NCBI GenBank assembly: GCA_963711565.1
Contig: CAVQEQ010000002.1
Coordinates: forward strand, 96,001-160,000
Source of the DNA: an uncultured delta proteobacterium
GTDB lineage: Bacteria > Desulfobacterota > Binatia > Binatales > Binataceae
DNA length: 64,000 bases
Direction: 5' to 3'
A program made the position numbers and the translations under genes. Below, piece after piece: positions 9,661 to 18,471 of this stretch. The notes below the pieces were generated by a model, which saw only the letters and a list, made by a program, of their open reading frames with translations, was not told the DNA's origin and made no database searches. Numbering within the stretch: position 1 is the stretch's first letter; each line of letters begins with the position of its first letter.

Positions 9661-9724
9661 GGCGGTCAGGTTAGTCGGGTCGGGGGAATTTGCTCAAGTG
9701 GTGAGAGGTGCGAGCATTTCTCAT

Positions 9725-9796
9725 GAGTCGCGGAACCCTCACCTACCGGCGGCTCCGCCCGCCGGCCGCCTCTCCCGTAAAATAACGGGAGAGGTA
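9725..9796 (+). repeat. About 70-bp palindromic intergenic repeat (CCCTCACC...CCTCTCCC..GGGAGAGG type), copy 1
   Basis: Inverted, diverged copy at 27243-27312. Confidence 0.85.
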
Positions 9797-9816
9797 TTTG
9801 GAAGGAGCGCGCGACG

Positions 9817-10977
9817 CTACTTGCGGGTTTCGAGGCCCATGCGGCGCGCGATTATCACCTTCATGATTTCGTTGGTGCCGGCGTAGATCGATTGCACCGC
9901 TGCGTCCGCATAGTCGGTCGAAACCGGGTACTCCATCATGAAGCCGTAGCCGCCGTGGAGTTGCAGGCATTGGCTGGTCAGGCGCTTCTGCAGATCGGTG
10001 GTCCACCATTTTGCCATGCTGACTTCGGCGACGATGTCATCGCCGCGCACGTGCGCTTGCAGCAGCTTATCGACAAAGGCCTGGCCGACTTCAACCTCGG
10101 TCATCATCTCGGCGAGCTTGAATTGCGTATTTTGAAATTCCGCGATCGGCTGGCCAAACGCGCGGCGATTCTTGCAGTAGGCGATCGTGTCCTCGAGCGT
10201 GCGGCGGCAACTCGCCATCGAGCCGACTCCGATGCACAACCGCTCCTGCTGGAGTTTCTCCATCAGCATCTTGAAGCCCGCACCCTCTTTGCCGAGCAGG
10301 TTGCCGGCGGGGACGCGGCAGTCCTCGAAGAACAGCTCGCTGGTGTCCTGGCCGCGCAGCCCGAGCTTGTCGAGCTTGCGGCCGCGGACAAAGCCGGGCG
10401 CGCTCGCGTCAACGAGCATCAGGCTGACGCCCTTATGCGGCGGATTTGCCTTGGGGTCGGTCTTGCAGACGACGATGACGAGATCGGCGATCTGGCCGTT
10501 GGAAATAAAAATCTTCGAGCCGTTGATCACGTAATGGTCGCCGTCGCGGCGCGCCGTCGTCTGCACGGCGGCGAGATCGGAGCCGGTGCCCGGCTCGGTC
10601 ATCGCGATCGCGAGGATAATCTCGCCGGCGATCGCGCCGGGGATGTAGCGGCGCTTCTGCTCCTCGTTGCCGAAGCTGGTGATGTAGGGCATGCAGATGT
10701 CCGAATGCAGCGACATCATCAGGCCGTGCGCGCGCACGCGCGACAGCTCTTCCATCACGATGGCGTCGTAGATGAAATCCACGCCGCCGCCGCCGTATTC
10801 GGCGGGTGCGTTGGCGCCGAGGAAGCCGGCCTCGCCCATCTTGCGCCAGCTCGCGCGATCGCTCATCCCGGCGCGATTCCATTCGGGCACCTTGGGCTCG
10901 ATCTCGGCATCGACAAAGCGGCGCACCTGCGCGCGGAACATCTCGTGCTCTTCGGTAAAAATATCTCGTCGCATCAT
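9817..10977 (-). CDS. Acyl-CoA dehydrogenase (long-chain type)
   Basis: AMTEPGTGSD, NGSKIFISNG, QLHGGYG, IYAGTNEIMK. Confidence 0.96.
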   Translation of the reverse strand: MMRRDIFTEEHEMFRAQVRRFVDAEIEPKVPEWNRAGMSDRASWRKMGEAGFLGANAPAEYGGGGVDFIYDAIVMEELSRVRAHGLMMSLHSDICMPYITSFGNEEQKRRYIPGAIAGEIILAIAMTEPGTGSDLAAVQTTARRDGDHYVINGSKIFISNGQIADLVIVVCKTDPKANPPHKGVSLMLVDASAPGFVRGRKLDKLGLRGQDTSELFFEDCRVPAGNLLGKEGAGFKMLMEKLQQERLCIGVGSMASCRRTLEDTIAYCKNRRAFGQPIAEFQNTQFKLAEMMTEVEVGQAFVDKLLQAHVRGDDIVAEVSMAKWWTTDLQKRLTSQCLQLHGGYGFMMEYPVSTDYADAAVQSIYAGTNEIMKVIIARRMGLETRK

Positions 10978-11033
10978 TGTGGCATCTTCGTGTTGGCGCG
11001 CATCGCGATCAAGCCCGGCAGATCGTATCTCGG
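10974..11033 (-). pseudogene. Duplicated 3' end of the GFA-family gene
   Basis: 47/60 nt identical to 11377-11436; encodes PRYDLPGLIAMRANTKMPQ*. Confidence 0.8.
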
Positions 11034-11039
11034 ATGCCA

Positions 11040-11063
11040 GTGGGGCGGGCCGCCGTGCCCGCC
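11040..11063 (+). repeat. REP-like palindrome
   Basis: GTGG foot followed by GGCGGGC-cgccgt-GCCCGCC; single copy in the window. Confidence 0.45.
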
Positions 11064-11071
11064 GGTGACAT

Positions 11072-11353
11072 CTACGCAGCCTTAAAAGATCGCACCCGGA
11101 TTCGATTTACGCGCCTACGCGCCTGCCAAAGATCGTAAGCCATCTGCATTCCGAGCCACGTCTCCGGACTAGAGCCGAATGCCTTCGAGAGCCGAATCGC
11201 CATCTCGACCGAGACCGCCGCTCGCTCGTTCACAACGTCCGAGAGGGCCTGGCGTGTGACGCCCAAAGCTTTGGCAGCATCGGTCACCGAAAGCTTCAAA
11301 GGCTCCAGACACTGTCGCCGTACGATGCCGCCGGGATGAGGAGGATTGTGCAT
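11072..11353 (-). CDS. higA: HigA-family antitoxin (no adjacent higB)
   Basis: MHNPPHPG..., SVTDAAKALGVTRQALS HTH, MAIRLSKAFGSSPETWLGMQMAYDLW. Confidence 0.9.
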   Translation of the reverse strand: MHNPPHPGGIVRRQCLEPLKLSVTDAAKALGVTRQALSDVVNERAAVSVEMAIRLSKAFGSSPETWLGMQMAYDLWQARRRVNRIRVRSFKAA

Positions 11354-11376
11354 AGCTACGGAATTCGGTTTCGAGA

Positions 11377-11841
11377 TCATCTTTGCATGTTGGTTTTTGT
11401 GCGCAGCGCAATCAACCCCGGCAGATCGTATTGCGGGAGATCGTCGGTGATTTCAAACCATGGCGGGTTCAGCTCGATGAAAATGTGTTTATCGGGTTTC
11501 ATCCCGGGATCGTCATCGACAAGACCGGCAGGGATTTCGAGCGTCCCCGAACGGCCGCGCGTCCTCTGCGTTTCGGGATTCGGATTTGGCACCGGCGAGC
11601 CGCATCGGCTGCAGAAGGACACGCGGTATGCCGGCGGCTCGCGCAAAATCGGAGCTTCATAGGTGGTGATCAGGTCTGCGCCCGCGACCAGTCGGAAATC
11701 TTCGATGCGCACGTACAGCCCGGCGAAGAATGCGGAGCCGGTGACTTTGCGGCATCGCGTGCAATGGCACAGCTCGAACGGGCCGGCAGGTTTGGTGAAC
11801 TCGAAGTGTATGGCGCCGCAGAGACAGCTTCCGTGAATCAT
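11377..11841 (-). CDS. GFA/CENP-V family Zn-binding protein
   Basis: GSCLCG, CHCTRCRK, FCSRCGSP. Confidence 0.92.
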   Translation of the reverse strand: MIHGSCLCGAIHFEFTKPAGPFELCHCTRCRKVTGSAFFAGLYVRIEDFRLVAGADLITTYEAPILREPPAYRVSFCSRCGSPVPNPNPETQRTRGRSGTLEIPAGLVDDDPGMKPDKHIFIELNPPWFEITDDLPQYDLPGLIALRTKTNMQR

Positions 11842-11896
11842 GTCGTCACCCGTCGAGGACCCGTGCCTGGTACGCAAAGCTTTGAGGTGCAGTTGC

Positions 11897-12292
11897 CTAG
11901 CGCACCGTATTAATGACGCTATTCTTGATTACAACAATCATTCGCTTGTCTCCTCGTTGTTGGGCCTTCTCGTACTCCAATTCGATGAGCGACATCGCCT
12001 CCTCGACTCGCTGTGCCGCCTGCGGCTCGCTACATTCGAGCGAAATACGGCTTAAACGCCTGAATCGAGCGCGATGGCCCTTCGGAATCCGTGGCGCGAT
12101 CAATTTGAAGTCGCGATCGCAGGTAACGAGAACGGCGCCCTCTTCCTCACTCACGGTGGCGACCAAAGGATCTGGAGAATCGACGGGTAAGATGTCACGG
12201 ACATGCTGGACTTTGTGTCCATGCCGGCGAAAGACATGGGCCACCGAATCAGGAACGTTGTGATCGAGCAGCAGAGAAATTACCACGGACAC
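11897..12292 (-). CDS. DUF5615/Mut7-C-like PIN domain protein (putative toxin)
   Basis: LLLDHNV, D..V, LVTCDRDF; downstream of the DUF433 gene. Confidence 0.82.
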   Translation of the reverse strand: MSVVISLLLDHNVPDSVAHVFRRHGHKVQHVRDILPVDSPDPLVATVSEEEGAVLVTCDRDFKLIAPRIPKGHRARFRRLSRISLECSEPQAAQRVEEAMSLIELEYEKAQQRGDKRMIVVIKNSVINTVR

Positions 12293-12304
12293 AACGAAGC
12301 CTGG

Positions 12305-12958
12305 CTAAGCTCGCTGCGCTCGTCTCGCTTCCCGCTCCTCTCGCTCCACTGCCGCTTCAACGTCCCGCTGGTTGAGCATCGGGTATTCTCGAATTATCTT
12401 GTCCGCAGAATAGCCCGCTTTGTGAAATCGCCAAATGATTCTTGTCGGGATTCGAGTCCCGGCGACGACCCAAGCGTTGTGCGCAATGTAGCGGTGGCGT
12501 TCGATCTGTCCGAACTGTTCGCGAAGACGTAGTTTCAGTCTGTTCGCGGCAGTTGTGAGATCGTGAATGATACTTCTGAGCGTGATGTGCGTATATTGGC
12601 CGCTCAATACGCCGCGCAACTGCTCGGTCTCAGGCTCTCGAAAGATTACTTCCTTCCCAAGTACGTACAGTATGATCTCCGACCATGGCTCGGCTCGATA
12701 CTCGCTTAGCTTTCGTGCGACTTTTCGAAGTTGCTGCAGAGGAATACCGTAGCGCTTGCGCAAAATACCCAGTGTGCGCAGGCCAACAACGTCCTGAAAC
12801 GAGTATACTCTGCCAAAAGGGCTTCGCCGATTCTCTGATGCGTATCGGGGGCGGAAAAACCCGGTATTGTCCCAGTACCGAAGCTGACTGTGGGACAGTC
12901 CCGTCAGATGGACAACGTGATTGGCGCTGAACGCCCGAATGGCTTCCTCGCTGCTCAT
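12305..12958 (-). CDS. MerR-HTH plus DUF433 fusion (putative antitoxin)
   Basis: LTGLSHSQLRYWD...RVYSFQDV HTH; VAGTRIPT...IIREYPML..RDVEAA DUF433. Confidence 0.85.
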   Translation of the reverse strand: MSSEEAIRAFSANHVVHLTGLSHSQLRYWDNTGFFRPRYASENRRSPFGRVYSFQDVVGLRTLGILRKRYGIPLQQLRKVARKLSEYRAEPWSEIILYVLGKEVIFREPETEQLRGVLSGQYTHITLRSIIHDLTTAANRLKLRLREQFGQIERHRYIAHNAWVVAGTRIPTRIIWRFHKAGYSADKIIREYPMLNQRDVEAAVEREEREARRAQRA

Positions 12959-13193
12959 CAGAACCTACCTCCCAGTCGAAGCGCCGAGACTATCAAATCG
13001 AGAGAGACGCTGCCTACCTCTCACTATCCTCTTGCCCTTGCGTTTGACCCTGGAGGCGCTGGAACCGCCGTTCCCGGAATTACCGCAGGGGCGCATTTGA
13101 ATTGAAATCGCCGGCGCGGTCGCCTGCACTTTGCAATTTTACTAAACGATTGGTATGTGATTGGAGTCTTATCCGTACACGGAGGATCCCGCG

Positions 13194-14276
13194 ATGAAAG
13201 TTGGTGGCGCCGTTATTTTTCAGAATCCGCACAATGTGCGATCGGACCGCGACGTTTATGTCGAAGACCTGCATATCGGCGATCTCTATGAGCCGCTTGG
13301 ATTCGACTCCATCTGGAGCGTCGAGCATCACTTTGACGACTACACGATGTGCCCCGACGTACTGCAGTTCCTGACCTACTACGCGGGGCGCACCAGGACG
13401 GTTCAGCTTGGATCGATGGTGGTCGTGATGCCGTGGCATGACCCGATGCGCGTGGCGGAGCAGGTGTCGGTCGTCGATCACATGTCGAACGGGCGCATGA
13501 TTCTCGGCCTTGGGCGCGGACTCGCGCGAATCGAGTTCGAGGGCTTCCGCGTGCCACTCGGAGAATCGCGCGAGCGCTTTATCGAATCGGCCGAGATGCT
13601 GCTCGAAGGTCTCGAGAAGGGCTACTGCGAATACGACGGCAAGTATATCAAGCAGCCGCGCCGCGACATCAGGCCCAAGCCGTTCAAGTCGTTCAAGGGA
13701 CGCACTTACGCGGCCGCGGTCTCGCCCGAGTCGGCCCGCATCATGGCGAAGCTCGGCATCGGCATCCTGATCATTCCGCAAAAGCCGTGGGAGGCCGTCG
13801 CGCAGGAACTCGGCGAATATCGCACTATCTACAAGCAGGTGAACGGCGGCGAGCCGCTGCCGACGATCGCGGCGGGCTGGACGTTCTGCGACAAGAGCGC
13901 TGACCGCGCGCGCGAGATGGCGGTCAAATATATCGGCGGCTACTGGGACACCGCGCTGCGGCATTACGAGATGGCGAGCGAGAATTTCGGCAAGGCCAAG
14001 GGCTACGAATACTACGAGCAGATGGCGAAGGCACTGAAGGGCAACACGAGCGCATCGATCGAATACTTCCTGAGTCTGCAGGTCTGGGGCACACCCGAGA
14101 TGTGCTTCAACAAGATCGACGAGATTCGGCAGAAGGTCGGCGCCGACCATTACACCGGCGTGTTCAGCTATGCGGGGATGCCGATCGAGGACGCGGAGAA
14201 GAGCCTGCGGCTGTTCGCGGCCGAGGTGATGCCGGAGCTGAAGAAGCTCAACGGGGTGAAGGCCGAAGCGGCGTAG
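13194..14276 (+). CDS. LLM-class flavin-dependent oxidoreductase
   Basis: GFDSIWSVEHHF, DPMRVAEQ, SNGRMILGLGRG; GGAGG RBS before ATG 13194. Confidence 0.93.
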   Translation: MKVGGAVIFQNPHNVRSDRDVYVEDLHIGDLYEPLGFDSIWSVEHHFDDYTMCPDVLQFLTYYAGRTRTVQLGSMVVVMPWHDPMRVAEQVSVVDHMSNGRMILGLGRGLARIEFEGFRVPLGESRERFIESAEMLLEGLEKGYCEYDGKYIKQPRRDIRPKPFKSFKGRTYAAAVSPESARIMAKLGIGILIIPQKPWEAVAQELGEYRTIYKQVNGGEPLPTIAAGWTFCDKSADRAREMAVKYIGGYWDTALRHYEMASENFGKAKGYEYYEQMAKALKGNTSASIEYFLSLQVWGTPEMCFNKIDEIRQKVGADHYTGVFSYAGMPIEDAEKSLRLFAAEVMPELKKLNGVKAEAA

Positions 14277-14308
14277 GAGCAACCGATAAAATCGCCTACG
14301 CGGCGGGC

Positions 14309-14372
14309 GGCAGGGCTGAGCCCTGCACCCAGTGTGAAGAGCAAAGTTGCGCGCATCGCGCTACTTTGGTCT
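14309..14372. repeat. 64-bp two-hairpin intergenic repeat, copy 2
   Basis: 57/64 identical to 8247-8310 with compensatory base changes. Confidence 0.85.
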
Positions 14373-14385
14373 TAGGGGCTGGAGC

Positions 14386-15174
14386 TTACCTGCCGATGAA
14401 CTTGCCGGGGCGGCGTTCTGCTACCGCCTTCACGCCTTCGCGGTGGTCTTCGGTTTTGAATAAACGGGATTGTTCCTTGAACTCGTGATCGGTTTGCGCC
14501 TTGACCGCATCGGCGAGGCCCTGGCGCATCGTCGCTCGCGTCGATAACAGCGCGAGCGGTGCGCCTTCGGCGATTTCGGCTGCGAGCGCGTTCGCGGAAT
14601 CGCGGAGCTTGTCGGGCTCTGCGAGCTGATCGCACAGGCCCCATGCCAATGCTTCGTCGCCGGTGAGACGGCGGCCCGTGTAGAACATCAGGCTGGCTTT
14701 CTGTACGCCGATGAGGCGCGGCAGTGTGTAGGTGAGACCGAAGCCTGGGTGGATGCCGAGCTTGACGAAGTTCGCGGCGAAGCGGGCATCGGCGGTCGCC
14801 ACGCGGAAATCCGCTACCAGCGCGAGTCCGAAACCTCCACCGATCGCGGCGCCTTGTATCGCGGCGACGACGGGCTTCTTACATCGGAACAGCCGCACGC
14901 CTTCGACGTAGAGCGGATTCTCGCCGGTGCGCGCCGGCGCCTCGCCGCTTTGGGCGTCGCGATTGGCAAAGTTCGCGCCCGCGCAGAATGACTTGCCTTC
15001 CGAACAGAGCACCAGCGCGCGGCATTCAGGCTCCCTGTCGAGCGCCTCGAACGCGTCGGCGAGATTTTGAATCAGCTTGAAGTCGAAGAAATTGTGCGGC
15101 GGCCGATGAATCTCGAGCGTCGCCACGTTGCCGTCGAGCGTTACGGATACGTCGCCATATTTTGGTTCCACCAT
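14386..15174 (-). CDS. Enoyl-CoA hydratase/isomerase family
   Basis: FCAGAN, AIGGGFGLAL, EDHREGV..AERR.GKF.GR. Confidence 0.93.
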   Translation of the reverse strand: MVEPKYGDVSVTLDGNVATLEIHRPPHNFFDFKLIQNLADAFEALDREPECRALVLCSEGKSFCAGANFANRDAQSGEAPARTGENPLYVEGVRLFRCKKPVVAAIQGAAIGGGFGLALVADFRVATADARFAANFVKLGIHPGFGLTYTLPRLIGVQKASLMFYTGRRLTGDEALAWGLCDQLAEPDKLRDSANALAAEIAEGAPLALLSTRATMRQGLADAVKAQTDHEFKEQSRLFKTEDHREGVKAVAERRPGKFIGR

Positions 15175-15258
15175 TTGATGCTCCTTCGCGGCTATAGCCT
15201 GAACGCGGGCAAGCTGCTACAAAGTTATAGTTCGAACGTCGGGAGAAGGCACGCCAGA

Positions 15259-15330
15259 ATGAATCCGAATATCGAAAGGGCCCGGGAAACCTCCCGTGGT
15301 GGTGTGTCTGCGACGTTCGGTCATCATTGA
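15259..15330 (+). CDS. Candidate leader peptide MNPNIERARETSRGGVSATFGHH
   Basis: GGGAGAAGG RBS at 15241-15249; sits just before a terminator and overlaps a possible antiterminator arm. Confidence 0.4.
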   Translation: MNPNIERARETSRGGVSATFGHH

Positions 15331-15357
15331 CTCATTAGCTTAATCGGAACGCGTCAG

Positions 15358-15398
15358 ACGGCCACGGGTGCAAGCACTCCGTGGCCGTTTTGTTTTTT
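15358..15398 (+). terminator. Intrinsic terminator in the 5' leader of the ABC-2 operon
   Basis: ACGGCCACGG...CCGTGGCCGT stem followed by TTTGTTTTTT. Confidence 0.8.
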
Positions 15399-15437
15399 CG
15401 GGATGAAAACGCGCGCGCGTTAAAGGCAGGTAATTCG

Positions 15438-16178
15438 ATGCTGGTAGAAGTGGAAAATTTGAGCAAGACGTTCGGCGACTTCTGTGCCGTCGATAACGTG
15501 AGCTTCGGGATCGAGCGCGGCGAGATCATCGGGATGCTCGGGCCGAACGGCGCGGGCAAGACGACGACGATTCATATGATTCTAGGCCTGATCACGCCGA
15601 CCTCGGGGCGTATCAGCATTTTCGGCAAGTCGATGGCGACGGATCGCGGCGAAATCCTCGAGCGGATGAATTTCACGTCGCCGTACGTCGCGTTTCCGTT
15701 CCGGCTGACGGTGCTCGAGAACCTGATGGTCTTCGCGCGCATCTACAATCTGAAAAAGCCGCGCGCGCGAATCGACGAGCTGCTCGAGCGTTTCGGCATC
15801 ACCAAGCTGCGCGACAAGGCAATCGCACGGCTGTCGTCGGGCGAGAATACGCGGGTCGGATTGTGCAAGGCGTTCATGAACGATCCGCAACTGCTGCTGC
15901 TCGACGAGCCGACGGCGTACCTCGATCCAGAGGTGGCGTGGCAGGTGAAGAACGCGTTGCTCGACGCTCAGCGCGAAAAAGGGACGACGATTCTGTACAC
16001 GTCGCACAACATGGACGAGGTCGAGCGGATGTGTAAGCGCATCGTCTTTCTGCATCACGGCAAAGTTATCGCCAACGGCAGTCCGATCGAAATCACGCAG
16101 GCAATTCTCGAAGAGGAACGCGAAGAACCGGCGCTGGAGGAAGTCTTCATGCGCCTGGTGAAGGGCAAAGCGGCATGA
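15438..16178 (+). CDS. ABC-2 type exporter ATP-binding protein
   Basis: GPNGAGKTT, LSSGE, LLLLDEPT, SHNMDE. Confidence 0.93.
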   Translation: MLVEVENLSKTFGDFCAVDNVSFGIERGEIIGMLGPNGAGKTTTIHMILGLITPTSGRISIFGKSMATDRGEILERMNFTSPYVAFPFRLTVLENLMVFARIYNLKKPRARIDELLERFGITKLRDKAIARLSSGENTRVGLCKAFMNDPQLLLLDEPTAYLDPEVAWQVKNALLDAQREKGTTILYTSHNMDEVERMCKRIVFLHHGKVIANGSPIEITQAILEEEREEPALEEVFMRLVKGKAA

Positions 16179-16963
16179 AGCTACATCGCATCAACGCCGT
16201 CATCGCGCGGCATCTATATGAGTCGCGGCGCAACTTCGATCGCGTCGTCGATATGATCTGGTGGCCGGTGCTCGACATCGTGATGTGGGGCTTCTTCACG
16301 GTTTACCTGGCGGACAGCAACCGGCTGCAGCCGACAGTAGTTAGCTGTCTGCTCGGCGGCATAATTCTGTGGGGAACGTTCTACAGCTTTCAGCGCGACA
16401 TGGCCGTTGGCTTCATCGACGAACTATGGTGTCGCAACCTCATCAACCTGTTCTCGACGCCATTGACCCTGGCTGAATACATGGCCGGACTGCTGACGGT
16501 GTGCTTGATGAAGGTGATGGTTGGCCTATTGGCGGCGTCGGCGATCGCGTGGGCGGCGTACTCGTTCGACATTGTTCCGTGGCTGCCGAAGTTCATCCCT
16601 TACATGGCGAACCTGTTGCTCTTTGCGCTCGCGCTGGGAATCGCGATTACCGGAATGATTTTTCGCTACACGACGAAAGTCCAGGCGCTGGCGTGGGGCT
16701 TCGCAGGGCTGCTGATGCCGGTGTCGTGCGTGATGTATCCGATGTCGTCGCTGCCGCGCTGGCTGCAGGGCATCGCGTGGGCAATGCCGACGGCGCACTC
16801 GTTCGAAGGGATGCGCGGCATTCTGAACGGCAAGGGATTTTCAATGGAGCACTTCTGGTGGGGCATCGGGCTCAACGTCGTGTACTTCGCGGTCGCGATT
16901 GTATTCTTCCTCTGGATCTTCGAAAAGGCGCGGAGCCGGGGGCTGCTCGTCAAGCAGGACTAG
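16175..16963 (+). CDS. ABC-2 type exporter permease
   Basis: About 6 TM segments, YPMSSLPRWLQ motif, ATGA overlap with the ATPase. Confidence 0.9.
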   Translation: MKLHRINAVIARHLYESRRNFDRVVDMIWWPVLDIVMWGFFTVYLADSNRLQPTVVSCLLGGIILWGTFYSFQRDMAVGFIDELWCRNLINLFSTPLTLAEYMAGLLTVCLMKVMVGLLAASAIAWAAYSFDIVPWLPKFIPYMANLLLFALALGIAITGMIFRYTTKVQALAWGFAGLLMPVSCVMYPMSSLPRWLQGIAWAMPTAHSFEGMRGILNGKGFSMEHFWWGIGLNVVYFAVAIVFFLWIFEKARSRGLLVKQD

Positions 16964-16968
16964 GTGTC

Positions 16969-17754
16969 ATGCGTCATCCCGATCACGATCGTCTACGCGA
17001 GGAGGTTCGTTCATGGTATCGAACTCCCGTTCTTGGCTACCACGTCGAGCGAAGACGTTTCGGATCTTATCGCCGTCACGCCGAAGATCCGGATTCGGGG
17101 CTTATCATCGTCGATGCTCTGACGCCCGCCGAGGTGCCTGAGTTTCTCGCGGATGCCAGTAGCTACTTCGATAACCGGGCGGTGAACATCTGGCTCGATA
17201 ACAGAGATCTCGACGCGAAGCTTGGACCGGCGCTGGTTGCGGCTGGAGCTTCGATGGACAGCGAGAACTGCCACCTCGCACATGTCGGGCCGCGGCCCGA
17301 ACAAGTACGGCGTTCGGACGTGACCGTCGAGGTCGTCACGCCGGACACGTTGCTGGACTACGTGATGGTGAAGCTGAAAGGATTCGCGAACTCCGAGGAC
17401 GCACCGCCGGCTGAAGACGTTGAGAAGGAACTGGCGGTGCGTCGGCGCGAACTGGCAAGCATCGGCCGATTCCTCATCGCGCGGGTCGGTGCCGATGCGG
17501 CGGCAATCCTGGGATACTACGATGGAAGCGACCGATTGATCTTCAACCTTGCGACGCGGACGCCGTTTCGGATGAGAGGTATCGCGCGAGATCTGCTATG
17601 CGAGGTCGTCGCGGATTCCTATGAGCAAGGCTGCCGCTCCGTAATCATCAACACGGACCCGAACGACACTCCTATTCAATGGTATCGGCGGCTCGGATTC
17701 ACGGACGAAGTTTATTGGCGTCGCAGCTATCATTGGGCATTGCGATTTCGATGA
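16969..17754 (+). CDS. GNAT family N-acetyltransferase
   Basis: NLATRTPFRMRGIA and WYRRLGF motifs; ATG 16969 just after the permease stop. Confidence 0.8.
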   Translation: MRHPDHDRLREEVRSWYRTPVLGYHVERRRFGSYRRHAEDPDSGLIIVDALTPAEVPEFLADASSYFDNRAVNIWLDNRDLDAKLGPALVAAGASMDSENCHLAHVGPRPEQVRRSDVTVEVVTPDTLLDYVMVKLKGFANSEDAPPAEDVEKELAVRRRELASIGRFLIARVGADAAAILGYYDGSDRLIFNLATRTPFRMRGIARDLLCEVVADSYEQGCRSVIINTDPNDTPIQWYRRLGFTDEVYWRRSYHWALRFR

Positions 17755-17757
17755 GGT

Positions 17758-17780
17758 TTGCATTGAACAGCACGATGCAA
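17758..17780. promoter_or_regulatory. Candidate enhancer-binding-protein site
   Basis: TTGCAT-N11-ATGCAA inverted repeat about 60-80 bp upstream of the -24 element. Confidence 0.45.
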
Positions 17781-17839
17781 TTTGAAATGTCGCAATACAA
17801 AATGGTGCTAAAAGCCATATAGAACGAGCGTTTCCGCAT

Positions 17840-17855
17840 TGGCACGCGCGGTGCT
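17840..17855 (+). promoter_or_regulatory. Sigma54 (-24/-12) promoter of the kdp operon
   Basis: TGGCACGCGCGGTGCT against consensus TGGCACG-N4-TTGCW with exact GG/GC spacing; operon encodes a sigma54 activator. Confidence 0.75.
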
Positions 17856-17898
17856 GTTAGTCCTGTCGGAAGAGACACGACGGAGGCTAGCGGCGCTC

Positions 17899-18252
17899 AT
17901 GAAACAGCTCGCAGAAACAAGATTTCCCCATCTGTTTGCGGTAACAGAACTCGACAAACTCCCCGGCCTCTTCAAGCCGCGCCGATACCTGTATCACTGC
18001 GCGCGCTGCAAGTGGTCGTTCGTCGTCAACGACGGCCGCCGCGGTGCCCTCAGGCCAATTGTCGAAGACGGCAAGACACTCACGCGCGAAGAAGTCGTCG
18101 CGCGCGCCGAAACCTTTGCGGCCGGGCCGTGCCCCGCGATGCGCGCCGTGGCGGAGGCGCATCTGCATGTAAACGGATCGCACGGACGTGCGCCCGCAAA
18201 CGTCGAGCGGTCGCGCCAGCCTGAAGTCCGTACGAATCAACTACAGCACTAA
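17899..18252 (+). CDS. Hypothetical protein with CxxC (possible Zn ribbon), first gene after the sigma54 promoter
   Basis: GGAGG upstream of ATG 17899; YHCARCKWSF...GPCP. Confidence 0.6.
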   Translation: MKQLAETRFPHLFAVTELDKLPGLFKPRRYLYHCARCKWSFVVNDGRRGALRPIVEDGKTLTREEVVARAETFAAGPCPAMRAVAEAHLHVNGSHGRAPANVERSRQPEVRTNQLQH

Positions 18253-18275
18253 ACTTTACCAATCAGGACATTATC

Positions 18276-18359
18276 ATGTGGGATCTACTTTCAATTCTGA
18301 GCAGCATTGCCTTCTTCGCGATCGCAATCGAATACGTTCGGGGGTGTGACTACCTATGA
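18276..18359 (+). CDS. 27-aa membrane peptide upstream of kdpF
   Basis: MWDLLSILSSIAFFAIAIEYVRGCDYL*; AGGA RBS; ATGA overlap with kdpF; below ORF-track cutoff. Confidence 0.75.
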   Translation: MWDLLSILSSIAFFAIAIEYVRGCDYL

Positions 18360-18448
18360 GTCCGGTTGAAACAGTACTTGGCGGAGTATGCGCCTTCCTG
18401 CTGGCGGTCTACTTGATATACGCATTGCTGCGCCCCGAACGCTTCTAA
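18356..18448 (+). CDS. kdpF: K+-transporting ATPase subunit F
   Basis: MSPVETVLGGVCAFLLAVYLIYALLRPERF*, with the YLxYALLRPExF signature. Confidence 0.92.
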   Translation: MSPVETVLGGVCAFLLAVYLIYALLRPERF

Positions 18449-18471
18449 GTTACTAGTCGGTAAATAGCTAC

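Noticed and set aside
17839-17898. TTG start of the 137-aa ORF
   Set aside because: Overlaps the -24/-12 promoter; ATG 17899 with GGAGG is more plausible
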